Below, piece after piece: positions 9,460-18,553 of a DNA stretch of 64,000 nucleotides (its first letter is position 1; each line of letters starts with the position of its first letter). Below the pieces are notes generated by a model. It did no database searches and was not told the DNA's origin. It worked only from the letters and a program-made list of their open reading frames with translations. A program made the translations under genes and the position numbers. Location of the stretch: sequence record NC_014792.1, one strand, 5' to 3'. Origin of the DNA: Escherichia phage vB_EcoM_VR7.

Positions 9460-9757
9460 ACCACCAACTACTTACTTCAAAATCAGGCTCGCCGTCGTCC
9501 CAATACCAAGGACCAACCGGATGCCAATCGCCATGCTTATCTTCTTCGTATTCTTCAGATTCTAGTCCAACGTATTGCCATTGGACTTCATAAGCAGTGC
9601 CACCAATTACGACAGTGTTTTCACCATACGGGTTAGCCACAGCAAAGTCAATGCCTTCTTCTTTCGCCAGGGCTACCATGTATTCATAGAGTTTATATTC
9701 CAGGTCGTCTTCGTTACCATCGCCCAGATAAATTGTTTGTCCACTTAATTCACTCAT
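9449..9757 (-). CDS. Hypothetical acidic protein
   Basis: 102-aa ORF. Confidence 0.45.
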   Translation of the reverse strand: MSELSGQTIYLGDGNEDDLEYKLYEYMVALAKEEGIDFAVANPYGENTVVIGGTAYEVQWQYVGLESEEYEEDKHGDWHPVGPWYWDDGEPDFEVSSWWCDR

Positions 9758-9779
9758 AATTCCGCCATAAATTTGTCAT

Positions 9780-9947
9780 TCATTTAAAGTTCCAGAATGA
9801 AGCACCAACCAGAAATAAAGGCCAACAAATCATAGACGTCAGCCACCAACAAAAATCACCTGCGCCGAAATCATCCAATTTAGCTAGGGTCTTAGCATAG
9901 CCAATACCAATGATAATATACAAAACACCCAACAATAATTCAATCAT
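9780..9947 (-). CDS. Hypothetical small membrane protein (55 aa)
   Basis: Manual translation MIELLLGVLYIIIGIGYAKT...; ATGA overlap with nrdC stop. Confidence 0.3.
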   Translation of the reverse strand: MIELLLGVLYIIIGIGYAKTLAKLDDFGAGDFCWWLTSMICWPLFLVGASFWNFK

Positions 9948-10207
9948 TTGAAATATTCTCGCAGTTCAGTGAACCCACCAATATGACTTCCGTCAGGAGC
10001 AAACACTTGTGGCATAGTCAAACCAATTTGAGATTCGCGACCAAGTGCAGCCAGGAGTTGAGCAATCTTCTCATCATCAAACACACCTTTTTCTGGCATG
10101 ACGTTGATGAATTCGTAAGGTTGTTTTTTAACATCCAAAAAACGTTTTGCATTATCGCAGAATACACAGCGATGGATAGATGAATCATAACCATATACTT
10201 TAAACAT
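9944..10207 (-). CDS. nrdC: Glutaredoxin NrdC
   Basis: 87 aa; MFKVYGYDSSIHRCVFCDNAKRFL... matches remembered T4 NrdC. Confidence 0.85.
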   Translation of the reverse strand: MFKVYGYDSSIHRCVFCDNAKRFLDVKKQPYEFINVMPEKGVFDDEKIAQLLAALGRESQIGLTMPQVFAPDGSHIGGFTELREYFK

Positions 10208-10208
10208 A

Positions 10209-10466
10209 TTATTCCGTAATTCCTAATACTTGTTTGAAGGTCTCAGTATAATCGGAGTATTGACCGGTTTGTTCTTTATGTTTGTCCATAATATCATAAA
10301 CTTCTGAACGCATATTATTATACGAACGGGTTAAAGCGGATTTCAATACTGAATAACTATCCGGGAATTTACCGTGTTCTTTATAATAGGCCAGAGTTAA
10401 TTCACGGACCGCCTTATCAGCAGTCTCAAGATATTCTTTACGCTTTGCCATTTTCTTCTCGCTCAA
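10209..10466 (-). CDS. Hypothetical protein
   Basis: 85-aa ORF. Confidence 0.45.
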   Translation of the reverse strand: MSEKKMAKRKEYLETADKAVRELTLAYYKEHGKFPDSYSVLKSALTRSYNNMRSEVYDIMDKHKEQTGQYSDYTETFKQVLGITE

Positions 10467-10740
10467 ATCGGTGTTTACAATGTCTGCATTTATATTGAAG
10501 CGGAGAGCTACGCCAATAAGTCAATTGGACCTGTTCAGTTCCACATTCAGGGCAGTTCGGAACGTTTTTAGAAGCTTGTTCACGTCGTTCGACAATTTTA
10601 ATAATCGCATTCCAATCAGGAATATCTTGACTATAATCATCACAACCGTGAATCTTACCAATCAATTCGGCTCCTTTAATAAAGTTCAATAAACCTGTAT
10701 TAGATGCTGAAGCAATGTCTTCTCTTAAACGTTGTTTCAT
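10438..10740 (-). CDS. Hypothetical zinc-ribbon protein
   Basis: 100 aa; CPECG...CRHCKH pairs. Confidence 0.45.
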   Translation of the reverse strand: MKQRLREDIASASNTGLLNFIKGAELIGKIHGCDDYSQDIPDWNAIIKIVERREQASKNVPNCPECGTEQVQLTYWRSSPLQYKCRHCKHRFEREENGKA

Positions 10741-11729
10741 TTCAGCAGCTCCAGAGCCTGTTCCAGTTTATCCAGACGATTGGTTGATTCTTCCCAAAGT
10801 CGCTTGGCTTTTGTATAATCTTCAGTTGCCTTTTTATTAACAGCAAGAGCTTCATTATACGCTGTTTCCAGGGCAACAATTTCAGGCGCTTTTTGTTTCA
10901 CTGGCTCATTATTCAGATTATCAATCAGGTCTTCAAGGGTAGTAACTTCTTGCGGTGCATTCATAATTTCCTCACTTTTCTTTTTATAGATTTCTGCATC
11001 AGTTGGCTGCTTTGCGCATTTAACTTCGCGTAATGTCACCACAATTTTCCAACCTTTCCAACCATGAGAACTGGTGATAGGGTCAACTTTAATTTTTTCA
11101 ACAGTGCGCATATAATTAAGTGCACACTGCAGCTGATGAGTGAGCGTGCATGCAACATCAAGATACTTTTTGATATTTTCAGGTGTAGCCTCTGGAGTAT
11201 AGAACTCATGCTTAACTGTAATAATTACCTGATTTTCACCAGAATCTTTAACCTTTACCATGTTCTCAGCCAGATGGTAGATAGTGCGAAAATCACCGCC
11301 CATCAATTTTGTTGCTGATTTTATGATAGACATTTTGTTATTTCTGAATTCACGCGCCCAACTGTTTGCAAATTCAGAAACAGTATAGCCTTGTTTATCA
11401 AGATAGTATTTTTCAACATCACCAAACCAATGATACCCAATTGTACCTTTACCACGTCTGGATTCAACACCAAACTTATTAAGAAGGTCTTTATTAACCA
11501 GGCATGCCAGGACTCGGGAACCTTTAAAAGTTTTCTTGATATCAGCATTACCAGCACGACTCGCAATAGTCGCGATGTCTTTCTTAAAACGACCGGATGC
11601 AACAATCGATGCGTCAATCTGATTTAACCAGAAATTGATAATCGAAAGGATAGCCGATTCACCTATTAATGGTTTTACTTTTGCATCGATAGTGGTGTTA
11701 AAGGCCTGGATATATTCGTTACGTGTCAT
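10737..11729 (-). CDS. Hypothetical protein with C-terminal coiled coil
   Basis: 330 aa; heptad-like C-terminus ...[13 protein letters not shown]. Confidence 0.55.
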   Translation of the reverse strand: MTRNEYIQAFNTTIDAKVKPLIGESAILSIINFWLNQIDASIVASGRFKKDIATIASRAGNADIKKTFKGSRVLACLVNKDLLNKFGVESRRGKGTIGYHWFGDVEKYYLDKQGYTVSEFANSWAREFRNNKMSIIKSATKLMGGDFRTIYHLAENMVKVKDSGENQVIITVKHEFYTPEATPENIKKYLDVACTLTHQLQCALNYMRTVEKIKVDPITSSHGWKGWKIVVTLREVKCAKQPTDAEIYKKKSEEIMNAPQEVTTLEDLIDNLNNEPVKQKAPEIVALETAYNEALAVNKKATEDYTKAKRLWEESTNRLDKLEQALELLK

Positions 11730-11756
11730 AGTGTTCTCCTCATAAAGTAGGAATTC

Positions 11757-11786
11757 ATTATACTCCCTCCATCCTTGGAAGTAAAC
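11757..11786 (-). promoter_or_regulatory. Early-type promoter (GTTTAC, 18 nt, TATAAT)
   Basis: Minus sense GTTTACTTCCAAGGATGGAGGGAGTATAAT then GAGGAG RBS and ATG. Confidence 0.45.
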
Positions 11787-11787
11787 A

Positions 11788-12669
11788 TTATTTTAATGCT
11801 TTGATTGCAGCTTGCAATTTATTGCGTTGCGTTTCCATGTTCTTGATGCGATTCAGGACATCCTGGATACCCTTCTTCTCATCTTCAATCAGACCATTTA
11901 AGCGGTTGACTGATTCCTTGATAGCATCCGCATGATAGCTCTCAATAGGCTTCATTGTTGGGTTAAAGATTTCAAGAGAGCTGGATGGCTGGACATTCCA
12001 TTTGTACATATTTTTAACGTCCAGTGGTGAAATTTTGGTCTGGTCATAAGATTTAAATTGACCTGCAAATGCTGGGCCATATGCCGCAGTAAGGGTACGT
12101 TCCATTTCTGGTTCCTTTTTCTCTTGATAAGGAGCATAAGACAAAAGATATTCTTTAGTTAATTTAATATCAATGGCTATAGTTTTAAGGAATTTTTCCG
12201 TTTGATGGATATAATTTGTATCTTCATCAAACGTGTATGATTCAACAGCATGGCGCATATAAAACAGCGCAATACCCATAACCTCTTTAAAGTTATGACA
12301 AAGAGCAACATCGCCCTTGGTGGTTGGTTTGAACTTAATCTGTACACCATCATTCTTGATATTAATAATCAAGTTATTGGAGTTGAAATTATAGTTCTTG
12401 ATGTTAATCGGAGCTTTGCGAATACGAAATCCGCCGGCCAGAATTTCCTTGATACTCTTACGAACCGTGGCACCAAACAAAAACGCTGGGCGGCGGCAAT
12501 AATCATTCAGAGAGTTAATTCTTACAATACGTTGGCCATACCCCTGGGTAGCAGAACCTGATTTGATTTTACCAAAGTTAACCAAAGAATTCATTGCGAT
12601 AAGACGAGCCACACGACCGTCATGTGGTTCATAACTACTAGCATATTCAGCGCGAGTTTTAATTTTCAT
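11788..12669 (-). CDS. Hypothetical protein with C-terminal coiled coil
   Basis: Track ORF 11788..12705 trimmed to Met at 12669 to avoid overlap; ends ...RNKLQAAIKALK. Confidence 0.5.
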   Translation of the reverse strand: MKIKTRAEYASSYEPHDGRVARLIAMNSLVNFGKIKSGSATQGYGQRIVRINSLNDYCRRPAFLFGATVRKSIKEILAGGFRIRKAPINIKNYNFNSNNLIINIKNDGVQIKFKPTTKGDVALCHNFKEVMGIALFYMRHAVESYTFDEDTNYIHQTEKFLKTIAIDIKLTKEYLLSYAPYQEKKEPEMERTLTAAYGPAFAGQFKSYDQTKISPLDVKNMYKWNVQPSSSLEIFNPTMKPIESYHADAIKESVNRLNGLIEDEKKGIQDVLNRIKNMETQRNKLQAAIKALK

Positions 12670-12670
12670 A

Positions 12671-12886
12671 TCATAGTCCAAATAATTTTTCATAGAGTTT
12701 AGCAAAAGGCCAGGTCACACACATTATAACAGCGATTATCCAAAACACAGGCCATACGAATGTTGTGAACACTGCATCATACTCGTCCCCACTTTCGTAG
12801 GGACTATCAAACTTGTGGAGCAACAGGGTAGTAATAAATCCCGTCAAAAGATAACCAAAAATAATACTGATAATCAAAATGGTCAT
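12671..12886 (-). CDS. Hypothetical small membrane protein
   Basis: Track ORF 12671..12907 trimmed; two hydrophobic helices. Confidence 0.35.
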   Translation of the reverse strand: MTILIISIIFGYLLTGFITTLLLHKFDSPYESGDEYDAVFTTFVWPVFWIIAVIMCVTWPFAKLYEKLFGL

Positions 12887-12887
12887 A

Positions 12888-13736
12888 TTAATCCTTAAGC
12901 AATTCAATAACGTTCATTAGTTTTTGACGTTCAGCTTTTGCTGCACTGTTCAGTCCTGACAGGCGGAAAATTTCATCATCTTGTTGCTGGATGGTGATGT
13001 TAAGTTCTTCAATCTGTTTAGTGAAAAGCTCAATTTGCTCTGAATATTTTTCATTGCTTCGCACTGGAACAGGTTCCATTTTAGGAGCTTGTTCTGAAGG
13101 ACTCTCAACTACAACTCGGTCTTTAATTTGGCATAATTTAATACGCTGGACGCCTCCAGTTTTAACATCATAGAAGGTAAGAACCCCATGATGTTCGAGT
13201 TCAGACAATGCCAAACGGAGGTGGAATTTCCAGTTTTCGTATTGACATCCGCTAAAAGAAGAAATACTGTATTCGCCTTCATTTTGACCTTTAATAACAT
13301 TAAATAGTTTGTAATCTAAAGAATTATTGGTTTTAAAGGTCATTTGTTTATCTTGACCGCTTGCTAAACGAGCACCAAGAGCTAATAAACGTCGTTGGTT
13401 AGTATGAAGGTCTTTGACCACTTCATCAAATGTCATGGTGCTAATCGCACGACCATAAAGGTCATAACCTTTATTATAATTTTTAAGTAAAATTTTGGCA
13501 TTAGCACGAGACAACATACCCGAACGTTGAAGAGATTTCATGACTCGGTCTTCTAATGTAAGCAAGCCCGTTGTTTTATTAAAGATTTTAGTGAATTCAG
13601 CAGAATTAGTACAAACATTGAACTTATTCCACATCATATATAAAACATTTAAAACCACATCTTTAGTGCTCGGAATACTGTTAAATTTAACAACTTTTTT
13701 AACTTCAGAACGAATTTCATTAATTGCTTGTGACAT
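12888..13736 (-). CDS. Hypothetical protein with C-terminal coiled coil
   Basis: 282 aa; ends ...ERQKLMNVIELLKD. Confidence 0.55.
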   Translation of the reverse strand: MSQAINEIRSEVKKVVKFNSIPSTKDVVLNVLYMMWNKFNVCTNSAEFTKIFNKTTGLLTLEDRVMKSLQRSGMLSRANAKILLKNYNKGYDLYGRAISTMTFDEVVKDLHTNQRRLLALGARLASGQDKQMTFKTNNSLDYKLFNVIKGQNEGEYSISSFSGCQYENWKFHLRLALSELEHHGVLTFYDVKTGGVQRIKLCQIKDRVVVESPSEQAPKMEPVPVRSNEKYSEQIELFTKQIEELNITIQQQDDEIFRLSGLNSAAKAERQKLMNVIELLKD

Positions 13737-13774
13737 ATTATTTTCCTCAATAGATTAATCAAAGGTCAGAACCA

Positions 13775-13798
13775 TTATACCATCCTTGGTATAAAGCG
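13775..13798 (-). promoter_or_regulatory. Middle-type promoter (MotA-box-like CGCTTTA, 12 nt, TATAAT)
   Basis: Minus sense CGCTTTATACCAAGGATGGTATAAT; AGGA-centred inverted repeat in spacer. Confidence 0.45.
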
Positions 13799-13799
13799 T

Positions 13800-14324
13800 T
13801 TATGCGAGAACCGTCTTTAAACGCTCTTCAAACTTCTGAAGGAGTACCTGGCGCTCTGCTCTTTGTTTGGTATAGGTTTCAATACGCTCTGAAGTGAGAT
13901 TGTATTGTTCATTAACTGATTCCCGCATGAATTCAGGAATCTCTTTACATGCTTTGATTTCATTGAACTTATCAAGCACTGCTTGATGTTCAGCAATCAG
14001 ACCATCATAATATTGGATATCTGATTTGATGTTCTGTACATCAGATTCAGTTGGCATATTTTTCTTTACTCTTGCCGCTTGATACTCAGCATTAGTCTCT
14101 CTTGACCAGAACAAAGAGCGGTTTTTGTTAGTGTTTTTATACACATCAATAATACCAACTGAATCAACATTCACAATCCAGTTCCAGGCGTTTTTATAAG
14201 TTTGACCACCTGATACTGTAATCTCACCTGCACAAGCAACATCATTAAAGAACTTGCTTTGTGCTTCTGATTTAAAATTACCATTATTGTAATTAATCAG
14301 ATTAAAGATTGATTTGGCTTCCAT
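13800..14324 (-). CDS. Hypothetical protein with C-terminal coiled coil
   Basis: 174 aa; ends ...LLQKFEERLKTVLA. Confidence 0.55.
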   Translation of the reverse strand: MEAKSIFNLINYNNGNFKSEAQSKFFNDVACAGEITVSGGQTYKNAWNWIVNVDSVGIIDVYKNTNKNRSLFWSRETNAEYQAARVKKNMPTESDVQNIKSDIQYYDGLIAEHQAVLDKFNEIKACKEIPEFMRESVNEQYNLTSERIETYTKQRAERQVLLQKFEERLKTVLA

Positions 14325-14358
14325 TTTATTCTCCAGTTTGGTAACTCAGTATGGGAAC

Positions 14359-14388
14359 ATTATACGTCTATCCCATACTGATGTACAC
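14359..14388 (-). promoter_or_regulatory. Early promoter-leader cassette (GTGTACA ... TATAAT ... ACTGAGTTACCAAA ... GGAGAA)
   Basis: Minus sense GTGTACATCAGTATGGGATAGACGTATAATGTTCCCATACTGAGTTACC. Confidence 0.5.
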
Positions 14389-14390
14389 AT

Positions 14391-14693
14391 TTAATTAAAA
14401 GTTCTTTCAGTATTTTCACCACTGAACCAGGCGCTCTTAACGGCTTGCTGTGCGCGATGAATCTGTTCAGCCATATAAACACCAAGGGCCTCTGCTTTTC
14501 TTGTCCTGTGGGCTTCTGCGGCGACCATTTGCAGCTTATCCATCATGATAAGAGCTTTACATTTCTCCTTCAGAGCATAACGTTTCTTCTCTTCTGGAGT
14601 TTTGACCATTCCTCTTAACTTGTGCATTTTCAACTTAAAATGGTCAGCAGATTTCAGACATGCATCAATCATGTCAATTTCATACTTTTTCAT
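14391..14693 (-). CDS. Hypothetical protein
   Basis: 100-aa ORF. Confidence 0.5.
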   Translation of the reverse strand: MKKYEIDMIDACLKSADHFKLKMHKLRGMVKTPEEKKRYALKEKCKALIMMDKLQMVAAEAHRTRKAEALGVYMAEQIHRAQQAVKSAWFSGENTERTFN

Positions 14694-14699
14694 AATTCC

Positions 14700-14906
14700 T
14701 CACTTGCGACGGCGTTTTGGTAATGGTTTAGGGAAGAACATTGCTTTACCTGCAGGGGTCAAAGTCACACGCAAAGCATTACCAATACCAAGGGATGCTT
14801 TAACCAGACCTTTGGCTTTTAACTCACCAAATGCTTGACGTTGTTCAGGGTCACGAGTGTTAACCATCAGACCTTTTTCACCAGCAGCTTTGATTAATTC
14901 TAACAT
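14700..14906 (-). CDS. Hypothetical basic protein
   Basis: Track ORF 14700..14975 trimmed: its N-terminus is translated promoter/leader; ATG at 14906 follows GGAGAA RBS. Confidence 0.5.
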   Translation of the reverse strand: MLELIKAAGEKGLMVNTRDPEQRQAFGELKAKGLVKASLGIGNALRVTLTPAGKAMFFPKPLPKRRRK

Positions 14907-14946
14907 TTTATTCTCCAGTTTTATTTGGTAACTCAGTATGGAATCA

Positions 14947-14975
14947 TTATGCCTCATGACCATCTGGTTGTACAC
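14947..14975 (-). promoter_or_regulatory. Early promoter-leader cassette
   Basis: Minus sense GTGTACAACCAGATGGTCATGAGGCATAATGATTCCATACTGAGTTACC. Confidence 0.5.
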
Positions 14976-14987
14976 TACTTTTTAAAA

Positions 14988-15010
14988 TAAAAAAGGACCC
15001 CGAAGGGTCC
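14988..15010 (-). terminator. Rho-independent terminator (GGACCC-TTCG-GGGTCC + U-run)
   Basis: Perfect hairpin 14995-15010 with A-run on plus side (U-run for minus transcript), directly after 15017..15313. Confidence 0.55.
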
Positions 15011-15016
15011 TTTGTA

Positions 15017-15313
15017 TTATTTCTTACAACCAACATATTTTGGCATATGACAGAAAACAGAATCGGTAACTACTCGACCCTTTGCCCATGCTTCCTGTGC
15101 TTTACCGTGAGTAGTATTCACATAGCTGGATTTAATATTCTCAATACCTTGAGAATGTGATGCGTGTGCAGAACCATTAGAAGGACCTGCTGACTGACTT
15201 GAACTTTGACCGCCGGTGGAACCACCAGGGCCTGATGTGCCTTCAGTAGCCAGTACACCAAAAGACATAACAGCGGCCAACAGGCCTATAGCCACTTTTA
15301 ATTTTAATTTCAT
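15017..15313 (-). CDS. Secreted Gly/Ser-rich small protein
   Basis: 98 aa; signal-peptide-like MKLKLKVAIGLLAAVMSFGVLA then low-complexity G/S/Q region. Confidence 0.5.
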   Translation of the reverse strand: MKLKLKVAIGLLAAVMSFGVLATEGTSGPGGSTGGQSSSQSAGPSNGSAHASHSQGIENIKSSYVNTTHGKAQEAWAKGRVVTDSVFCHMPKYVGCKK

Positions 15314-15376
15314 ATTTTCACCTTTTATTAACTCAACATTGAGTATGTTTACTATACTACAAAATCATTGAAGCAC

Positions 15377-15619
15377 TTAAATTGCACTCCAAAAATTATG
15401 GAATCTGATATCATCGATAGCCCAGTTAGCAAACTCGCGGGTTTGCTTGGGAGTTGGTTTACATATGTACTTATTGTTGATTCGTCTGCCAGTTTCCCGA
15501 CAGACTGCTTCGAGATACCAGCGCCGACCTTTATTGGGTCTTCCATATGATAAGAAGACCTTCATTTCTTCATTAACGATAATAGGAATTGTGGTTGTCA
15601 AGATATACCTCTTCAACAA
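15377..15619 (-). CDS. Hypothetical protein
   Basis: 80-aa ORF; alternative frame 15352..15546 also open. Confidence 0.35.
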   Translation of the reverse strand: MLKRYILTTTIPIIVNEEMKVFLSYGRPNKGRRWYLEAVCRETGRRINNKYICKPTPKQTREFANWAIDDIRFHNFWSAI

Positions 15620-16583
15620 ACTTGTCCCAGAACTTCATGTCTACCTTATCGGGCATACCGTTCTTTGCCGCCCAGATGGCATTGGTTTCGACTTCATCGA
15701 CGATTGCTTCAAGTTCAGCTTGTACATCTTTAAAAGCGTGTAGGCCTTGTTTGATTTCAAGGATAAATGGAGCCGTACGTAAAGGATATTGGAGATCGCC
15801 TTTTTGATAGATTTCCTTTAACTGGTATCCAGCACGATAAGCATGACTCAGCGCTTTCCAGTCAATACCTTCGTTAGCTTCGGCCTTACGAGCGCGTTCA
15901 CCATATTCGGCATCAAGTTTATTCAGAGATTGCTTAAGCTCGATTAATGACAAAGTAGTTTGGTATTTGCGACCGAGAACAGTATAAAACGTTTGAGGTC
16001 CAGTTTTCTCATGGTTATGGAATACCCATTCACAGAATTCATTCTCTGGGAGACGATGCTTAATATCTTCAACTTTAGTGCGACGTTGTTTAGTCGTACC
16101 ATCTTCTTGGTAGTCAACCCACTGTTCAGGAATCTGGTTAACAATTGCCAGTACACCACGTAAAGCCGCCAGTCTAGAACCTTTAACACCATATTTTGAA
16201 GCTTGCTTACGGACGTACCCCAAATATGCTTTCATGTTGGTCGTATAGAACCGTGAACGGTTGTCTTGGATAAATTTCCATACATCTGGTAAATCGGATT
16301 TGACTACCAGGTTAGCCGGAGTGTGAATCATGTCTAGAGCAACAGTTTCACCCTCAGCCGCCAATTTAAAGAAATATTTCAGACTATACAATTCATGGTC
16401 AACATCATCTTTTGTGTTCTTGGATGCAGTGTTGTTAGTATTCAAGTTGGTATGGTTCATAGCCGTACCTAACAGAATGTCACGTGGGTGTGGAACAAAG
16501 ATTTCCTTAAAATCGACATCAGATTCAGGAGTACTTGTTCCATAAAGATGGCTACCGAAGTAGCCTTTCATAACTGTTCTCAT
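15573..16583 (-). CDS. Nucleotidyltransferase-fold protein (Pol-beta-type GS...DxD motif)
   Basis: 336 aa; GYFGSHLYGTSTPESDVDF near N-terminus then helical domain; ATGA coupling with upstream membrane gene. Confidence 0.55.
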   Translation of the reverse strand: MRTVMKGYFGSHLYGTSTPESDVDFKEIFVPHPRDILLGTAMNHTNLNTNNTASKNTKDDVDHELYSLKYFFKLAAEGETVALDMIHTPANLVVKSDLPDVWKFIQDNRSRFYTTNMKAYLGYVRKQASKYGVKGSRLAALRGVLAIVNQIPEQWVDYQEDGTTKQRRTKVEDIKHRLPENEFCEWVFHNHEKTGPQTFYTVLGRKYQTTLSLIELKQSLNKLDAEYGERARKAEANEGIDWKALSHAYRAGYQLKEIYQKGDLQYPLRTAPFILEIKQGLHAFKDVQAELEAIVDEVETNAIWAAKNGMPDKVDMKFWDKFVEEVYLDNHNSYYR

Positions 16584-17032
16584 TTCTTCGCCTCAAAATG
16601 GATTACTGGACACATCTTAGATTTACGAGCTTTGATATATTGAATGAAAATGTTTTCTTTAGTTTCTCGGCCTTCACGCTCAGCTTTAATTCGTTTCCAT
16701 TCTTTTTCTTCTTTATGTAAATCGTACCAGGTCCATAAATTCATTAGACCATACATTAAACCAAATGCTACCGCCAGAATAAGAGCCAGTGTAGATAGCC
16801 CCAAAATAAAACCTAACCCTAAACCAACCGGAATACTTAATACAAAGAACTGCTCCAATACACCAGCACCTGCAACAGTTAAGGCGAAGATTGTACTGCC
16901 AATAAAAACTGCACAAACAAAACAGGCCCATACAATTTTCCAGAAGTAAGCACACAAAGAGTGTGGACGAGAATGACGGTCATAAAAACGGTCGTGTAAT
17001 TTAGCGTGCCAAGAGTTTGTATTGATAATCAT
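16580..17032 (-). CDS. Multi-pass membrane protein
   Basis: 150 aa; three to four hydrophobic helices, basic C-terminus. Confidence 0.5.
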   Translation of the reverse strand: MIINTNSWHAKLHDRFYDRHSRPHSLCAYFWKIVWACFVCAVFIGSTIFALTVAGAGVLEQFFVLSIPVGLGLGFILGLSTLALILAVAFGLMYGLMNLWTWYDLHKEEKEWKRIKAEREGRETKENIFIQYIKARKSKMCPVIHFEAKK

Positions 17033-17041
17033 AATAATTCC

Positions 17042-17599
17042 TTATGCGTTCATAGTTGGGATAACAGTGTTCAGGTATTTTACCAGAACTTTTAATTCGT
17101 CTTTAGTGAATACTACTTCAGCTTCACCATCGTGGGTCTGGATGATAGATAACATATCGCGACCTTGATGTTGATGGACACTGAATTCAGTATTATAATC
17201 ACCTTCTTCATCACCTTCAAAGGTTTCGCTTGAATGCATAATAGCATCACAACCAGGAATTTTCCACTCGAGCTCAGGTACACACTCTTCTTGGAAGAGT
17301 TTAAAAATACAATCAAAGAATTTATCAGAATCGCTGATGCTTAGGCATTCTTCATCTGTTTCGATATTAAACCCGGCGTCGTGCTTATAAATGCGAGCAC
17401 ATACATCATCGTTAATATCAAATACACCGCTAAAACTACCGTCAAGATATCCATCTTTATCCAAAACCATTAAATCATAAAGCGGTTTGATATCATGGAT
17501 AGTTAGTACGATTTTATCGTCTTCTTGACTAAGCTCAATTGCATTATTAACTACTTCAGCAGTCAGTTCGCCAAACAATTCAGTTGTTTCAATAATCAT
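17042..17599 (-). CDS. Hypothetical acidic protein
   Basis: 185-aa ORF, Asp/Glu-rich. Confidence 0.5.
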   Translation of the reverse strand: MIIETTELFGELTAEVVNNAIELSQEDDKIVLTIHDIKPLYDLMVLDKDGYLDGSFSGVFDINDDVCARIYKHDAGFNIETDEECLSISDSDKFFDCIFKLFQEECVPELEWKIPGCDAIMHSSETFEGDEEGDYNTEFSVHQHQGRDMLSIIQTHDGEAEVVFTKDELKVLVKYLNTVIPTMNA

Positions 17600-17609
17600 T
17601 TTCTGTTCC

Positions 17610-17900
17610 TCAACGGTTATGTTTTAAAATACTATAAAGAGCTTCTACTTGACTTGCATCCAGGTAAATAACATCATCATCTTGCTCAATGGAAATCCCA
17701 CCGGTATTTCCTTCAACGAAATTACATTCACACACTTCAACGGTACGGTACACATCACCAGTCGGATGCTCAGGCTCCAGAACAATCACACCATTTTCAG
17801 AATTACCACTTGGGTCATATAACATTACAGTTTCCTCGCTAACCATGAAAAGAATAAACCAATTAAAACAGGCCCTACAGCCATTATTAACCAAGCCCAA
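17610..17900 (-). CDS. Hypothetical protein
   Basis: 96-aa ORF. Confidence 0.4.
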   Translation of the reverse strand: MGLVNNGCRACFNWFILFMVSEETVMLYDPSGNSENGVIVLEPEHPTGDVYRTVEVCECNFVEGNTGGISIEQDDDVIYLDASQVEALYSILKHNR

Positions 17901-17916
17901 GGTTCAAGATAGTAAA

Positions 17917-18174
17917 TCATCTCATGCTCCTATGCCAACAGTTACGTGGCTCACGTTTAAAAACTTTATCATGCATTGATTGACAACCAACACAATATAT
18001 CACACCTTTAATCGCTTGTCTCCGCGCTTCAGGGATTTTTTCATCGCAGTCAAAACAGAATTCAGCAGACTCCCTTTCAACTGCAACCTGTGCTCTCGCA
18101 TGGGTGATAGCGGCTTGTACAACCGCTTCCATCTCTAACTGTTCAGCGCCATCTTTTGCAAATCCAACAGCCAT
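17917..18174 (-). CDS. TraR/DksA-like C4 zinc-finger protein
   Basis: 85 aa; CFDCDEKIPEARRQAIKGVIYCVGCQ (CxxC-17-CxxC). Confidence 0.55.
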   Translation of the reverse strand: MAVGFAKDGAEQLEMEAVVQAAITHARAQVAVERESAEFCFDCDEKIPEARRQAIKGVIYCVGCQSMHDKVFKREPRNCWHRSMR

Positions 18175-18356
18175 TATGCTTTCAACCCATTCAGATATTC
18201 AACCAAATTAGCTTTAGAGTTATTCAAATCACGCTTACACTGTTCTATTCCAGAATATGAATAGCCTTCACATAATTCCACTGCCAGGTCATTAGATGCA
18301 TTTTCAATATGCCAGGCGAGTTTAATAATTTTTTCAATTTGTTCAGTAGTTAACAT
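18174..18356 (-). CDS. Hypothetical protein
   Basis: 60-aa ORF. Confidence 0.4.
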   Translation of the reverse strand: MLTTEQIEKIIKLAWHIENASNDLAVELCEGYSYSGIEQCKRDLNNSKANLVEYLNGLKA

Positions 18357-18550
18357 TATGCAGTCCTGTAATCAATAATTTCGTCAAGGAACATATCCAA
18401 TGCTTCCAGAGCATCAGATACCTTTGCTTCTAATTCTTTACCACCGTCAAGCGATGGGGACCAATGTGTAAAGTCAATTAGTGCTTCATCAGCTTCACGA
18501 ATTGCTGCAACTAATGCAGAGATTCTCTTTGCTTGCTCCAAAGTAATCAT
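18356..18550 (-). CDS. Hypothetical protein
   Basis: 64-aa ORF. Confidence 0.4.
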   Translation of the reverse strand: MITLEQAKRISALVAAIREADEALIDFTHWSPSLDGGKELEAKVSDALEALDMFLDEIIDYRTA

Positions 18551-18553
18551 ATG

